A stretch of 64,000 nt of DNA from Phycisphaerales bacterium (lineage in GTDB: Bacteria > Planctomycetota > Phycisphaerae > Phycisphaerales > UBA1924). The translations under genes and the position numbers were made by a program. Positions 55,201 through 64,000 of this stretch are shown here, in pieces; position 1 is the stretch's first letter, and each line of letters starts with the position of its first letter. Under the pieces are notes generated by a model that searched no databases, was not told where the DNA came from, and was given only the letters and a program-made list of their open reading frames with translations. The DNA lies in contig JADLFW010000018.1 in assembly GCA_020849615.1 (NCBI GenBank), positions 55,722 through 119,721 on the forward strand. The letters are read 5' to 3'.

Positions 55201-58200
55201 CGGCTTCGACGGCGTGACCTTCAACACCGGCGCCGGCTCCGACATCCGCTTCATCTCGTTCCCCAAGCTCGACCTCCGCACCGGCGTCCGCGAGGAGTAC
55301 CCGCTCATCGGCGGCCAGACCCTCGAGCTCATCGACGACGGCGGCGGCACCGTCCGCATCCGGCCCATCAACGTCCCCGCGGGCGGCTTCCTGGGCACCG
55401 TGCGGGCGTTCCCGATCGACGGCTCCGAGGGCGTGGCGATCGGCGACATCACGGTCGATCTCTCCAACGGCGCGGGCGGCATCGGCGCCTCGCTGGAGAT
55501 CGAGACCATCGGGCCCGCCGGCAGCTCCGACATCGTCACCATCGGCCGCATCGTCATCACCGGCTCGGGGACCAACTCGGGCGTCACCGTCCGCGGCAAC
55601 GTGCAGACCGATGTCTACAGCATCCTGCAGACGGGCGGCGGCGCCCTGTCGTTCATCCGCAACCAGACGCCCCTGGGCGACATCGTCGCCATCGACGTCG
55701 CGGGCCTCACCACGCTGGACATCACGACCGGCGACCTGGGCCGCACGCAGGTCCCCGCCTGGGGCCCGCGCCGCATCGGCCCGTTCCTGGGCATCCAGCA
55801 GGGCCCCAACGGCACCGCCGGCGGCGCCCTGGGCATCCCCACCGATGTCATCGACGCCGACTGGGGCGGCGGCCTCTACCGCCGCACCAACGAGCTGACC
55901 ACCGCGGCGGGCCAGGGCTTCCTGGAGGACATGGGCTCGCCCTTCGACCCCTACCTCAACGGCCTGGTCGTCCGCGCCGGCAACATCGATGATGTCAACG
56001 TCGGCGGCGCCATCGGCGATGTCATCCTCCAGAACGGCGACATCGTCCGCCTCACCGCCAACTTCGACCGCGCCACGCCGTCGGGCCGCTTCGACGGCAT
56101 CGTCGGCTCGATCTACGCCAACAACCTCTTCCGCATCGCCATCGGCGACGGCCTCCTCCAGCGCGACACCTCCCCCTTCGCCTCCACCGGCCTCTTCGCC
56201 GTCAACGACATCGTCCAGGTGCTGGGCCAGGACATCCCGGGCCAGTACATCTCCAGCGTCATCACCGCCGGCAACAACGTCATCGACATCGGCACGGGCC
56301 AGTTCAACGGCGTCGACACCATCGACCTCCAGGGCGGCGGCGACTACATCGACGCCTACATCTCCTGCGAGAACCTCGACGGCTTCTGGGTCGGCATCCC
56401 CTACGGCGACGACGGCGCCATCGCCGGCGACATCAACCGCATCACCGGCGAGGACGCGGACATGTTCCGCACCCAGGTCGCCGCCAACAACATCGACACC
56501 ATCCTCCTCACCGACGGGTTCTTCGACGCCAGCTCCGTCCGCGCCGTCGGCGGCACCGTGAACCGCATCGAGGCCGCCGGCTTCCGCAACTCCACCCTCG
56601 CCGGCACCGAGCTGGAGTTCCGCACCAGCGAGCTCCTCGTCGGCCGCGACCTGGGCATCCTCACCACCACCGGCAAGACCGGCGACATCGCCGACCTCGT
56701 CATCGACGTCGTCGGCTCCGTCACCGGCGAGATCTCGGCCCGCACCATCGTCCGGGCCAAGATCGACGTTGATATCAACCTCACGCTCCTCAGCGTGACC
56801 GACAGCGTCCGGGCCAGCGCGGTCACCGCCGGCCAGCTCACCAAGTTCACCGCCGGCCGCAACGTGCAGTCCTCATCCTTCCGCGTCTCCGGCGCCCTCC
56901 CCGACTTCTCGGCCGGCAACGCCATCGTCAACACCAGCATCAACGTCACCGGGCCCTTCGGCCGCATCATCAAGATCTCCGCGCCCAACCAGATCTCCGG
57001 CTCCATCTCCTCCAGCGGCCCGATCGACAGCATCACCTCCACCGCCGGCGACATCGTCGCGACCATCACGACCACCGGGCCCAGCGGCAACGTCAAGCTC
57101 CTCTCCGCGGGCCGCGACCTCGACATCGAGACCGACATCTCCGGCTCGCTCGACACGCTCACCGCGGGCCGCCACATCGGCAACCGCGCCGATCCCTCCG
57201 TCATCCTCGTCCGCGGCAACCTCCTCTCGGCCACCATGGGCGGGCAGCTCTACTCCGACCTCCGCGTCGGCCAGGCCATCACCGGCACCGTCACCATCGG
57301 GCCCGTCAGCCGCCTCCCCGGCGCCGACCTCGGCGGCTCGGGCTCCATCGTCGCCTTCGGCGCCATCAACGCCGTCGCCGTCACCGGCGATTTCGGCGGC
57401 GACATCATCAGCTATTCCGGCGGCATCAAGGGCATCACCATCACCGGCGGCTCCTTCCTGCCGGGCCGGACCATCGCCGCCTACGACGGCTCCATCGACG
57501 GCATCGTCATCTCCGGCGGCAACCTCTACGGCAACATCCACGCCGACTACGTCCTGCTCTCCGTGCAGGTCGTCGCCAGCGCCGACGGCGTCTTCGGCGA
57601 CATCGGCATCAACCCCTTCCTCACCGGCTCCACCCCCTACGACGCGTTCCGCAACCAGCTCCCCATCGGCGTCGTCGCCGCCGCCCCGATCCAGGGCCCG
57701 CGCATCTCCGCCGGCCAGAACATCGGCACCATCGCGACCACCAACGGCTCCATGTTCGAGGCCACCATCCTCGCGGGCCGGGCCATCGGCGTCATCGAGA
57801 TCCGCGGCGATGTCCGCAACGACACCCAGACGCCGGGCCGCGGCACCCTCATCGCCGCGGGCGACTCCATCGCCGGCATCGGCGTCTACGGCGACTTCTT
57901 CAACGCCCACATCCTCTCGGGCGTCGTCTCGCTGGGCGCCGACGGCCGCGCGGGCGGCGTCGGGGCGAACGCCGACACCATCAAGTCCGCCACCATCGGC
58001 GGAGTCGGCGTCGTCGGCAACGCCGCCGACCTCGTCATCGAGGCCGGCATGCTCGCCGGCGTCGACGGCCTCTACGCCACCGCCGACGACGTCACCGCGA
58101 TGGGCCTCTCCTCGATCACCAGCATCTCGCTGGGCGCCTCGGTCGTCCTCGTCAGCGCCTTCTCCGACGCCCTCGATCCCTCCATCATCGCCGACGCCCG

Positions 58201-61200
58201 CATCACCAAGGGCGGGCTCACCGCCGCCAACGAGGACCCGCAGGTCATCGGCGGCGGCGGCCCCTTCGGCACGCCCATCCCCGGCTCGCTGGCCTTCGAT
58301 GTCGGCGGCGACAAGGGCACGATCTTCTTCTCCGGGCCCGGCGAGGCCTTCTTCGACGCCGCCAACAAGCGCGTCGTCCTGCTCAACACGACCCTGGCCT
58401 CGGCCCTCACCGTCACCTCCGACCTCTTCACGCTCACCGACTTCGACATCGCCACCAACGACGACGCGTCCATCGGCACGCTCTACATCGGCGCCAGCCT
58501 CCTGGGCGACTCCGATGTCACGGTCGACGGCTCGGTCGGCTCGTTCACCGTCGGCAACGTCTCGGGCACCGGTTCCTTCCGCCTGGGCGGCGACCTGGGC
58601 TCGTTCATGTCGGGCGGCTTCAGCGGCGGCCTGCTCTCGGCCAAGATCGCCGGCGGCGTGGTCGTCTCCGGCGACTTCGGCGCCGCCAGCCCCGCCACCC
58701 GCGGCGAGGCCCGGTTCAGCTTCCTCACCGCCTCGGGCATCACCATCACCGGCGTGAACCGCGGCGCCGTGAACGTCGACCGCGACCTCTCCGGCTTCGC
58801 CTCCGGCACGATGGACAACGCGACCCTCCGCTCCGGCGGCACCATCGCGACCATCACCGCCGGCGCCCTCAACCGCACCTGGATCTCGGCCCGCGACGCC
58901 ATCGGCACCGTCAGCATCGCCGGCGACATGTTCGACTCCTCGATCATGTCGGGCGGCGACCTGGGCGCTGACGGCGAGTTCGGCGGCACCGGCCTCAACG
59001 CCGACCGGGCCACCACCGGCACCATCGGCTCGGTCGCCGTCGGCGGCAACTTCGGCGAGTCCGATGTCGTCGCCGGCCTCCTCCGCGGCGCCGACGGCTT
59101 CTTCGGCTCCAGCGATGACAACGTCGCCGACGGCCGCTCCGCCATCGGCTCGGTCACCATCGGCGGCACCCAGGTCGGCTCCACCCGCCAGTCCGAGTCC
59201 TACCGCATCTCCTCCACCGGCACCATCGACGCCGTCTCCATCGGCGGCGCGCCGGGCCAGGCCTCCGCCAACTTCGCCATCGACCGCCTCAACCTCATGC
59301 CCCTGGCCGTCCAGGTCAAGGACATCCAGGTCACCGAGGACAGCCGCATCTACACCGCCCGCATCTTCTTCAACCAACCCGTCGACGCCAGCACCCTGGC
59401 CCGCGCCATCAGCGTCGCCGAGGTCCGCGGCCGGTCCGACGTCAGCATCCGCCTCATCAACGGCATCGACTACACCCTGACCTACGACGCCGCCAACAAC
59501 GCGGCCGTCCTGGTCTTCTCCCGCACCATCACGGGCCGCGACCTGCCCCAGATCGCCAGCCGCCCCGGCCCGGGCGTCTACCGCTTCCAGATCCTCCAGG
59601 ATGTCCTCCGCGGCCAGCTCGTCAATCAGCGCCTCGACGGCGATGGCGACGGCATCGCCGAGACCGGCGACAACTTCTCCAAGGACGACATCGTCGGCGA
59701 CCCCGGCGACAAGCTCTTCACCGAACGCGACACCGTCACCCGCGTCGGCGCCGCCCCCGCCACCATCGACATGTACGGGCCCTTCAGCCTCGACTTCGTC
59801 CTCGACAACAACCAGCAGGCCGACGGCCTCGCCGAGCCCAACCAGACCTTCACCATCCGCGGCAGCATCGGCGACCACCCCGACAACGACATCAACAACT
59901 TCCGCTTCGCCGGCGACCTCGACCTCTACACCATCACCCTCCAGGCGGGCCAGATCTTCCGCGTCGGCGCCAACACCGGCCCGGCCCTCCGGGCCGAGGT
60001 CCGCCTCATCGCCCCCGACGGCACCATCCTCCCCGATGTCGCCGCCAGCAACGACACCCTCCCGCTGCCGGTGCAGCGCCCCGCCGACACCGCCCAGACC
60101 GTCGGCCACACCTACCTCGTCAAGACCACCGGCACCTACACCCTCCTGGTCGGCAACGCCTACACCCCCGTCCAGCTCTTCGACGAGCTCGGCGCGGGCC
60201 GCCTCACCGACGCCCAGTTCAACCAGCTCCTCAACGATGAGGGCTTCGCCTACCGCGCCTCGGGCTTCGTCCCCAACCTCGACCCCGTCCCGGGCGGGCT
60301 GGGCGACTACGCCTTCACCGTCAACATCTTCGACGACGGCGACACCGGCTTCTCGGCCACCACCGACGCCGGCGACGGCTCGGCCGTCGTCAACGCCCCG
60401 GCCTCATCCTCCTTCTCCGGCGGCGACCAGGTCCTGGGCACGGCCGATGACCTCAAGCAGATCAGCATCGGCGCCTTCACCTTCACCTACAACCCCGGCG
60501 CCGACGGCCTCGTCGGCACCGTTGACGACTTCGTCACCGGCTCCACGCCGCAGATCACCTCGTTCCACAACGGCGATGGCCGCCTGATCTCGATCATCAA
60601 CGGCTCGATCGGCCCGGCCAACGCCTCGGGTGTCCCCACCACCGTCTTCCCCGACGCCGATGTCTACCACCTCAACAACCGCACCAGCATCGCCCCCGGC
60701 ACCCGCATGCGGATCACCGTCCGCCTGACCGAGTTCGGCACCGACCTGGGCTCACGCAACCAGCTCGTCTTCGGCTCCGACCAGTTCAACCTCGACAACT
60801 TCCGCGGCGCTGTGCAGTTCGGCCTCTTCGACACATCGGCCAGCACCCGCATCGACGACGGCTCGCTGGTCTTCAGCCCCACCAACTTCTCCCCCAACGG
60901 CGGCACCCCCAACACCACCATCGCCACCGACGGCACCACCACCTACGGGTACGACGGCAACGGCGATTTCTTCATCGACTTCGTCACGCCGGGCCGCCCC
61001 GGCCCCGACGGCAAGACCGGCACCGCCGACGACCAGGCCTCCAAGTACGCCATCTACCTCCAGGGCGTCTACAGCGGCGACTACCAGATCCAGGTCGACA
61101 CCACCGCCCCCACGACCACCCGCATCACCCCCCGCCGCCAGAACATCCTGCTCGAGACCCGCGGCGGCACCATCGACTGGCTCGAGAAGGGCGGTCTGAC

Positions 61201-61912
61201 CACCCGGCTCTCCGCCTTCTCCACCAGCCCCATCGGCTTCAGCGGCAGCGTCGCGTCGGGCCAGACCGTCGACCAGTACGTGCTCACCTCCGTCCGCAAC
61301 GCCCTCCAGAGCATCTTCAACGCGGCGGGCCTCGATGTCCGCTTCTCCACCGACCCCCGCGACTTCGAGTTCCAGGACTTCTCGACCGTCTACCTCTCCA
61401 GCACCGTCGACCCCGTCAGCCTCCTCTTCAACGCCTACGCCGACCCCCGCGTCGCCCTCACCAGCACCGTCACCCTGGGCGCCTACCAGTTCGCCACGCT
61501 CGGCGATGGCTTCAGCCGCCTCCAGCCCTTCGGCTTCGCCGAGCACTCCGACGCCCTCAACGCCGATGTCAGGGATGAGGCCGTCGTCTTCATCCCCTCC
61601 ATGGCGCTGCTGGGCTACACCCCCGCCCAGTCCGACATCGACCTCCTGGCCTCTTCCACCACCGCGGCCATCGCCCGCCGCGTCGGCGAGCTCATGGGCG
61701 CCCGCATCACCTCCAACAACTCGCCCACCTCCTCCATCCGCGACCCGCTCGCCGCCGACAGCGTCACCGGGCCGACCGTCGTCGGCAGCTCCTTCACCCT
61801 CCCGGCCATCAACCGCCTCCTCTCCGACCCCTTCGACTCCATCGACTCCAGCGACTTCTTCCTCGGGGCCCAGAGCACCCGCACCGTCCTCTCGCGCGTC
61901 GCGGGCAAGTAA
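52226..61912 (+). CDS. Giant (3228 aa) secreted repeat protein, probable beta-helical surface or adhesin protein, with two PPC-like domains and an Ig-like domain
   Basis: One uninterrupted ORF. GGAG lies 8 nt before the ATG. Basic N-terminus followed by FVEPLEKRELLFS. PPC-like segments lie at about 54194-54520 (GEDGADVYGFATDG...GIYYLVLS) and 59843-60165 (FAGDLDLYTITLQAG...GTYTLLVGNA). An Ig-like segment lies at about 59300-59545. More than 1500 aa consist of short G/I/V-periodic coils. A strong terminator follows. Confidence 0.9.
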   Translation: MSRSRDVNRSSENPRTSALARWFGRARDRFTGTGRLAREAGRAGGFVEPLEKRELLFSMTITPSDVDGTGIGTVEATFAYAVPYLAPTVDVGTADPTSQQEDFQDENAGNVVNGRLFGGSFFRVFHNITPAGDVQIIENVPPGDGDKYMQVRQDTGGEFWNLRFAVSDQAPNTFLAARSVSFNIEPRLVGGTGLVPDNFLVELVFQDQVIRTFTGDTLRAVNPSPRGIGNYTFTGTTANPAFDSVRITALVGGNDAYKVDDITAVYPPGNFAGIVGSRIFAATVVFSGPVGASAQILDLYGNEMVQTIAAGTPPSGAQVTLIDPDDDGRPNFNDGIGRIVLRGTDSRSAITVWGGTISPTTTPPPEDTAPGIRFDGRLWDGAFLATMSQNLQGQYDAFESSGFGYVFDGIQRRALGLPPGPGSLVLGSPFVRSAATPGEYNPGGLPVTRDEFGRLIPVSNIVTDGFTRADQGVFVLDGASMGSVYINGIVHGSSNFSGALDRFVAGYLVGSIGVAGDLGALVVGSDAGQWVIDPGSTIAVPDAIKTKGQLVVGRAVGQIEIAGRSLLDVTVQGDLSTPQTRPPRNVFNYFEQEFAYGLLVEAGIPATVLQTLINNDFGASLNNRGFRASDQALAFGDGFLRNDTIMSAEWVGTTASGVQISGDVGYGDPINTGEDGADVYGFATDGTQPIVVQFDAGQTGNLLVRVMDVNGRTVMANQFGRLLQNSQFITFNPDAPGIYYLVLSIPGGTDGDLRTGFAYSMTLTGLAPVTLGSYRTGAANARSDVSADFTNTISVLAGNVGTIRVGTAYVNGAGAETDPSVAVNLAASDTDVDDVLAFRGGTFSIPGNLYNITTGSDIQAGLGRPVNIFVGGSLGSLITGQSPVVGIGANEGDIRFFNLTVGGSVALLDVKGGLSIEQDGTAINWNPAPPDNINIVTGASGGRGDIGMFRVGFHVMGDAMNVTTSPGSVIGGFLISQDVVSDPGDFFTGVYGGFDGVTFNTGAGSDIRFISFPKLDLRTGVREEYPLIGGQTLELIDDGGGTVRIRPINVPAGGFLGTVRAFPIDGSEGVAIGDITVDLSNGAGGIGASLEIETIGPAGSSDIVTIGRIVITGSGTNSGVTVRGNVQTDVYSILQTGGGALSFIRNQTPLGDIVAIDVAGLTTLDITTGDLGRTQVPAWGPRRIGPFLGIQQGPNGTAGGALGIPTDVIDADWGGGLYRRTNELTTAAGQGFLEDMGSPFDPYLNGLVVRAGNIDDVNVGGAIGDVILQNGDIVRLTANFDRATPSGRFDGIVGSIYANNLFRIAIGDGLLQRDTSPFASTGLFAVNDIVQVLGQDIPGQYISSVITAGNNVIDIGTGQFNGVDTIDLQGGGDYIDAYISCENLDGFWVGIPYGDDGAIAGDINRITGEDADMFRTQVAANNIDTILLTDGFFDASSVRAVGGTVNRIEAAGFRNSTLAGTELEFRTSELLVGRDLGILTTTGKTGDIADLVIDVVGSVTGEISARTIVRAKIDVDINLTLLSVTDSVRASAVTAGQLTKFTAGRNVQSSSFRVSGALPDFSAGNAIVNTSINVTGPFGRIIKISAPNQISGSISSSGPIDSITSTAGDIVATITTTGPSGNVKLLSAGRDLDIETDISGSLDTLTAGRHIGNRADPSVILVRGNLLSATMGGQLYSDLRVGQAITGTVTIGPVSRLPGADLGGSGSIVAFGAINAVAVTGDFGGDIISYSGGIKGITITGGSFLPGRTIAAYDGSIDGIVISGGNLYGNIHADYVLLSVQVVASADGVFGDIGINPFLTGSTPYDAFRNQLPIGVVAAAPIQGPRISAGQNIGTIATTNGSMFEATILAGRAIGVIEIRGDVRNDTQTPGRGTLIAAGDSIAGIGVYGDFFNAHILSGVVSLGADGRAGGVGANADTIKSATIGGVGVVGNAADLVIEAGMLAGVDGLYATADDVTAMGLSSITSISLGASVVLVSAFSDALDPSIIADARITKGGLTAANEDPQVIGGGGPFGTPIPGSLAFDVGGDKGTIFFSGPGEAFFDAANKRVVLLNTTLASALTVTSDLFTLTDFDIATNDDASIGTLYIGASLLGDSDVTVDGSVGSFTVGNVSGTGSFRLGGDLGSFMSGGFSGGLLSAKIAGGVVVSGDFGAASPATRGEARFSFLTASGITITGVNRGAVNVDRDLSGFASGTMDNATLRSGGTIATITAGALNRTWISARDAIGTVSIAGDMFDSSIMSGGDLGADGEFGGTGLNADRATTGTIGSVAVGGNFGESDVVAGLLRGADGFFGSSDDNVADGRSAIGSVTIGGTQVGSTRQSESYRISSTGTIDAVSIGGAPGQASANFAIDRLNLMPLAVQVKDIQVTEDSRIYTARIFFNQPVDASTLARAISVAEVRGRSDVSIRLINGIDYTLTYDAANNAAVLVFSRTITGRDLPQIASRPGPGVYRFQILQDVLRGQLVNQRLDGDGDGIAETGDNFSKDDIVGDPGDKLFTERDTVTRVGAAPATIDMYGPFSLDFVLDNNQQADGLAEPNQTFTIRGSIGDHPDNDINNFRFAGDLDLYTITLQAGQIFRVGANTGPALRAEVRLIAPDGTILPDVAASNDTLPLPVQRPADTAQTVGHTYLVKTTGTYTLLVGNAYTPVQLFDELGAGRLTDAQFNQLLNDEGFAYRASGFVPNLDPVPGGLGDYAFTVNIFDDGDTGFSATTDAGDGSAVVNAPASSSFSGGDQVLGTADDLKQISIGAFTFTYNPGADGLVGTVDDFVTGSTPQITSFHNGDGRLISIINGSIGPANASGVPTTVFPDADVYHLNNRTSIAPGTRMRITVRLTEFGTDLGSRNQLVFGSDQFNLDNFRGAVQFGLFDTSASTRIDDGSLVFSPTNFSPNGGTPNTTIATDGTTTYGYDGNGDFFIDFVTPGRPGPDGKTGTADDQASKYAIYLQGVYSGDYQIQVDTTAPTTTRITPRRQNILLETRGGTIDWLEKGGLTTRLSAFSTSPIGFSGSVASGQTVDQYVLTSVRNALQSIFNAAGLDVRFSTDPRDFEFQDFSTVYLSSTVDPVSLLFNAYADPRVALTSTVTLGAYQFATLGDGFSRLQPFGFAEHSDALNADVRDEAVVFIPSMALLGYTPAQSDIDLLASSTTAAIARRVGELMGARITSNNSPTSSIRDPLAADSVTGPTVVGSSFTLPAINRLLSDPFDSIDSSDFFLGAQSTRTVLSRVAGK

Positions 61913-61938
61913 GGCCAGCGCTCTTCATCGCAGCACAC

Positions 61939-61970
61939 ACCCACGGGCCCGCGCCCGTGGGTTTTTTCTT
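61939..61970 (+). terminator. Rho-independent terminator of the giant gene
   Basis: acccacgggc-ccgc-gcccgtgggt, a 10-bp stem with a 4-nt loop, followed by tttttctt. Confidence 0.85.
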
Positions 61971-62144
61971 GAACGAGTGAGGGTGACGGAGTGACGATGT
62001 GACGAGGCGCGTCTGCAAACCCGGGGCGGCGGGCATCCCGCCCGCCCCGGAGTTCATGATCCCGCCACGCCGGCGATAAGCGAGTCCGCGAGCGCAACCG
62101 CCCCCATCCGTGCTTGCGGCGGCCGGGGGGATGCTCTCTCTCCG

Positions 62145-64000
62145 CTACTTCGTCACGCCGCCGCTCTCCTTCACGATCGCCTCCCGCCGCTCCTCCATCG
62201 CATCAATCCACCCCGCCGCCGCCATGATCCCATCGCTCAGCATCGCCCGGGCCTGCTCGGCCTGCGTCTTCATCGCCTCAAACTGCCGGGCCGCGAGATC
62301 CGCGCCCCTCGATGCCTCGTCGGCCCGCGCCACCAGCGCCGCCATCCGCTCGAAGTTCCCGCTCTCCAGCCGCGCCACCTGGGCGCCGATCGCCTGCAGC
62401 CGCCCGTCAAGCTCGTTGAGCACCGCCTGGCCGCGGCCGATCAGCGGGCCCAGCGTCCGCTCCGCCTGGTTCAGCACTTCCTCGATCTGCACCTTCTGCT
62501 CGACGATGTAACCGCGCTGCCCATCCAGCGCTGCCGTCGCCTCTCCCCGCTGCCGCTCCACCGTCGCCGCCGCCTCGATCGCCGCCGCGCCGATCTGCTC
62601 CATCGTCCGCTTCCCCGCCGCCGTAATCTGCACCTGCTGCACCGCGATCGTGTGCGTCTCGCCCCGGATCCCCGACAGCAGCTCCCCGGCCCGGGCCGTC
62701 AGCTCCTCGCCCGCGCGGGCCGCCGACATCTCCACGCGGTCCACCCCCTGCACCGCCGCGGCCTCGATCTGCCGCACGCGCTCCTCCACCTCACGGGCCA
62801 GGTCGCTCACCGCCGCGGTCTGCGCCTCCAGCGACTCCACGACACCTCGGGTATGGCGGTCGATCGCGGCCCGGCCGCGGTCGATCTCGCCGCCCAGCCG
62901 GTTCAGCCCGTCATCCAGCAGCGTCTGCCCGCGGGCCACCCGCTGTTCGATCTCCCGCTCCAGGTCCGCCATCGTCGTCCGCTGCGCCTCGAGCTGCCGG
63001 GCCAGGCCATCCGCGGCCCGCTCGCCCAGCGCATCCAGCGACTCCCGGATCGTCGCGCCGTGCGCTTCCAGCTCCTCCGCCTTCCGCGCCGCCGCGGCAT
63101 CCAGGTCCCGGTGCCGGGCCCCGATCGTCTCGCCCGCGGTCCCCAGCGAGGCCAGCAGCGCCGCTGTCCGGTGCTCGAGGTCGGCCCGCGCCTTGCCGGC
63201 ATCCGCCTCGACCTGCTTGGCCTGCTCGCGCAGCGAATCCAGGATCCCCATCGCGTGATGATCCAGGATCGACCGCGTCTCCTGCGCATGCCCGGCGGTC
63301 TGGGTGATCTGGGTCTCCACCTCGCCGATGCGGGAGGTCACCGCCGACAGTTCGCCTTGCAGCACCGCGCGCAGCTCTTGGGTCCGGGCCTCCAGATTCG
63401 CCGCCTGCCGTTCCGACTGCGCCGCCAGGTCCTCGACGGCCCGGGCCGTGCTGAGCGCGAACTCCTGGGCCCGCGCTTCAACCTCCCGGGCCCGCGATTC
63501 GACCGCATCCTGCTCGGCGCGGAACCGGCCCGTGAGCTGCTCGACCGCCCTGGCCAGCCGCTGCTCGAACTCTGAGGCCCGGGCCGCCATGCGCTCGGCG
63601 ATCAGCTTCTCGACCGTCTCGGCGTGCTTGGCGGGATCAACCGCCAGCTCCAGCAGTTTCTCGGCCCGGGCCACCCGCTGCTCGAGCGCGGGCAGCAGCT
63701 TGGCGGCCCTCTCCAGCCGCGATTGCAGCTCCTTTGTCGTGTCGCGGAGGTGCCCCTCCATCGTGCCGGCATCGGCCTTGGTCGACTGCAGCAGCCGCGA
63801 GTGGTTCGCCGCCTGCCGGATCAGCTCCTGCAGCGTCAGCGAGAACTCCTCGAACGAGCGGCGGTCCACAACGCGCGGCGTCAGGAAGATCTGTTCGACG
63901 GCCTGCTCGGGCGTCGGGATGTGCGCGGCCGTCGCGACTCTGTGTGCGGCCCCGTTCCGTGCCGCGGCAGCAGTCTCGGCGTTGCCCGGGATTCCGGGGA
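62145..64000 (-). CDS. Long alpha-helical coiled-coil protein of unknown function (the 5-prime end may lie beyond the window)
   Basis: ORF 62145..63869 starts at a GTG. The same frame stays open to position 64000, reading ...AAHIPTPEQAVEQIFLTPRVVDRRSFEEF. The sequence is E/A/R/L/Q-rich with heptad-like periodicity throughout and has no TM segment. Confidence 0.65.
   Translation of the reverse strand, partial: PGIPGNAETAAAARNGAAHRVATAAHIPTPEQAVEQIFLTPRVVDRRSFEEFSLTLQELIRQAANHSRLLQSTKADAGTMEGHLRDTTKELQSRLERAAKLLPALEQRVARAEKLLELAVDPAKHAETVEKLIAERMAARASEFEQRLARAVEQLTGRFRAEQDAVESRAREVEARAQEFALSTARAVEDLAAQSERQAANLEARTQELRAVLQGELSAVTSRIGEVETQITQTAGHAQETRSILDHHAMGILDSLREQAKQVEADAGKARADLEHRTAALLASLGTAGETIGARHRDLDAAAARKAEELEAHGATIRESLDALGERAADGLARQLEAQRTTMADLEREIEQRVARGQTLLDDGLNRLGGEIDRGRAAIDRHTRGVVESLEAQTAAVSDLAREVEERVRQIEAAAVQGVDRVEMSAARAGEELTARAGELLSGIRGETHTIAVQQVQITAAGKRTMEQIGAAAIEAAATVERQRGEATAALDGQRGYIVEQKVQIEEVLNQAERTLGPLIGRGQAVLNELDGRLQAIGAQVARLESGNFERMAALVARADEASRGADLAARQFEAMKTQAEQARAMLSDGIMAAAGWIDAMEERREAIVKESGGVTK

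Noticed and set aside
52061-60109. Very long antisense ORFs inside the giant gene (52061..55087 minus, 1008 aa; 56873..60109 minus, 1078 aa)
   Set aside because: Their translations are monotonous Gly/Ala/Asp/Val/Arg strings with no motifs. They are the expected stop-free antisense frames of a GC3-rich gene. The plus frame is continuous for 3228 codons, has domain-like segments, and is flanked by an SD and a terminator.
61100-61912. Zinc metalloprotease call for the C-terminal domain of the giant protein
   Set aside because: There is no HExxH or HExxHxxGxxH motif. The best-aligned segment reads RRVGELMGARI, with every ligand position substituted. It is kept only as a weak remark about a possible degenerate fold.
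61975-62010. GTGACG tandem words after the giant-gene terminator treated as the same element family as the mfd insert
   Set aside because: The shared exact match (GTGACGGAGTGA, 12 nt) is within chance expectation for a 64-kb GC-rich window searched on both strands. It is mentioned only as a lead, not as evidence.

Overview
This is a very GC-rich window (about two-thirds to 70% by eye, not computed), so all six frames carry long spurious ORFs. I called genes only where a frame shows a recognisable protein family, a signal peptide or TM pattern, or a Shine-Dalgarno plus start context. That supports about 45 CDS and no rRNA, tRNA or CRISPR array.

Housekeeping genes are rpsA-like (partial, absent from the ORF track), phoU, mfd, comEA-like, purC, trpG/pabA, acpP-fabF, purM, metK and pheA. 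Others with a clear family are a GH15 hydrolase, a FAD-linked oxidase, a class II amidotransferase, an AraC regulator and a DUF418 protein.

The gene content suggests a Planctomycetota (Phycisphaerae-like) genome. This is inference only, based on the dockerin-like tails ending in GC, an EPLEKRELLF motif at the N-terminus of a giant protein, and an orphan fliN.

Main items of interest:
1. Six secreted proteins in two loci (10.9-13.4 kb and 26.5-31.9 kb) share a Cys-bracketed double EF-hand, dockerin-like C-terminal module. No docking partner is recognisable.
2. A roughly 10-kb minus-strand operon holds three consecutive SPFH/band-7 proteins, an ABC ATPase, a large ABC-2 permease and a conserved unknown. 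An ABC-2-like permease is transcribed divergently from it.
3. A 3228-aa secreted repeat protein sits behind an unusual 600-nt upstream region with G-run tandem repeats and a perfect 20-nt palindrome.
4. A mosaic region at 32.9-36.9 kb has long intergenic spacers, an IS3 transposase remnant, dispersed repeat modules, and a roughly 280-nt leader plus signal-peptide cassette shared by two unrelated beta-propeller genes.
5. REP-like palindromes occur in the window, and one possible copy is inserted in-frame in mfd.

All family calls rest on motif recognition by eye. No database search or computation was run.
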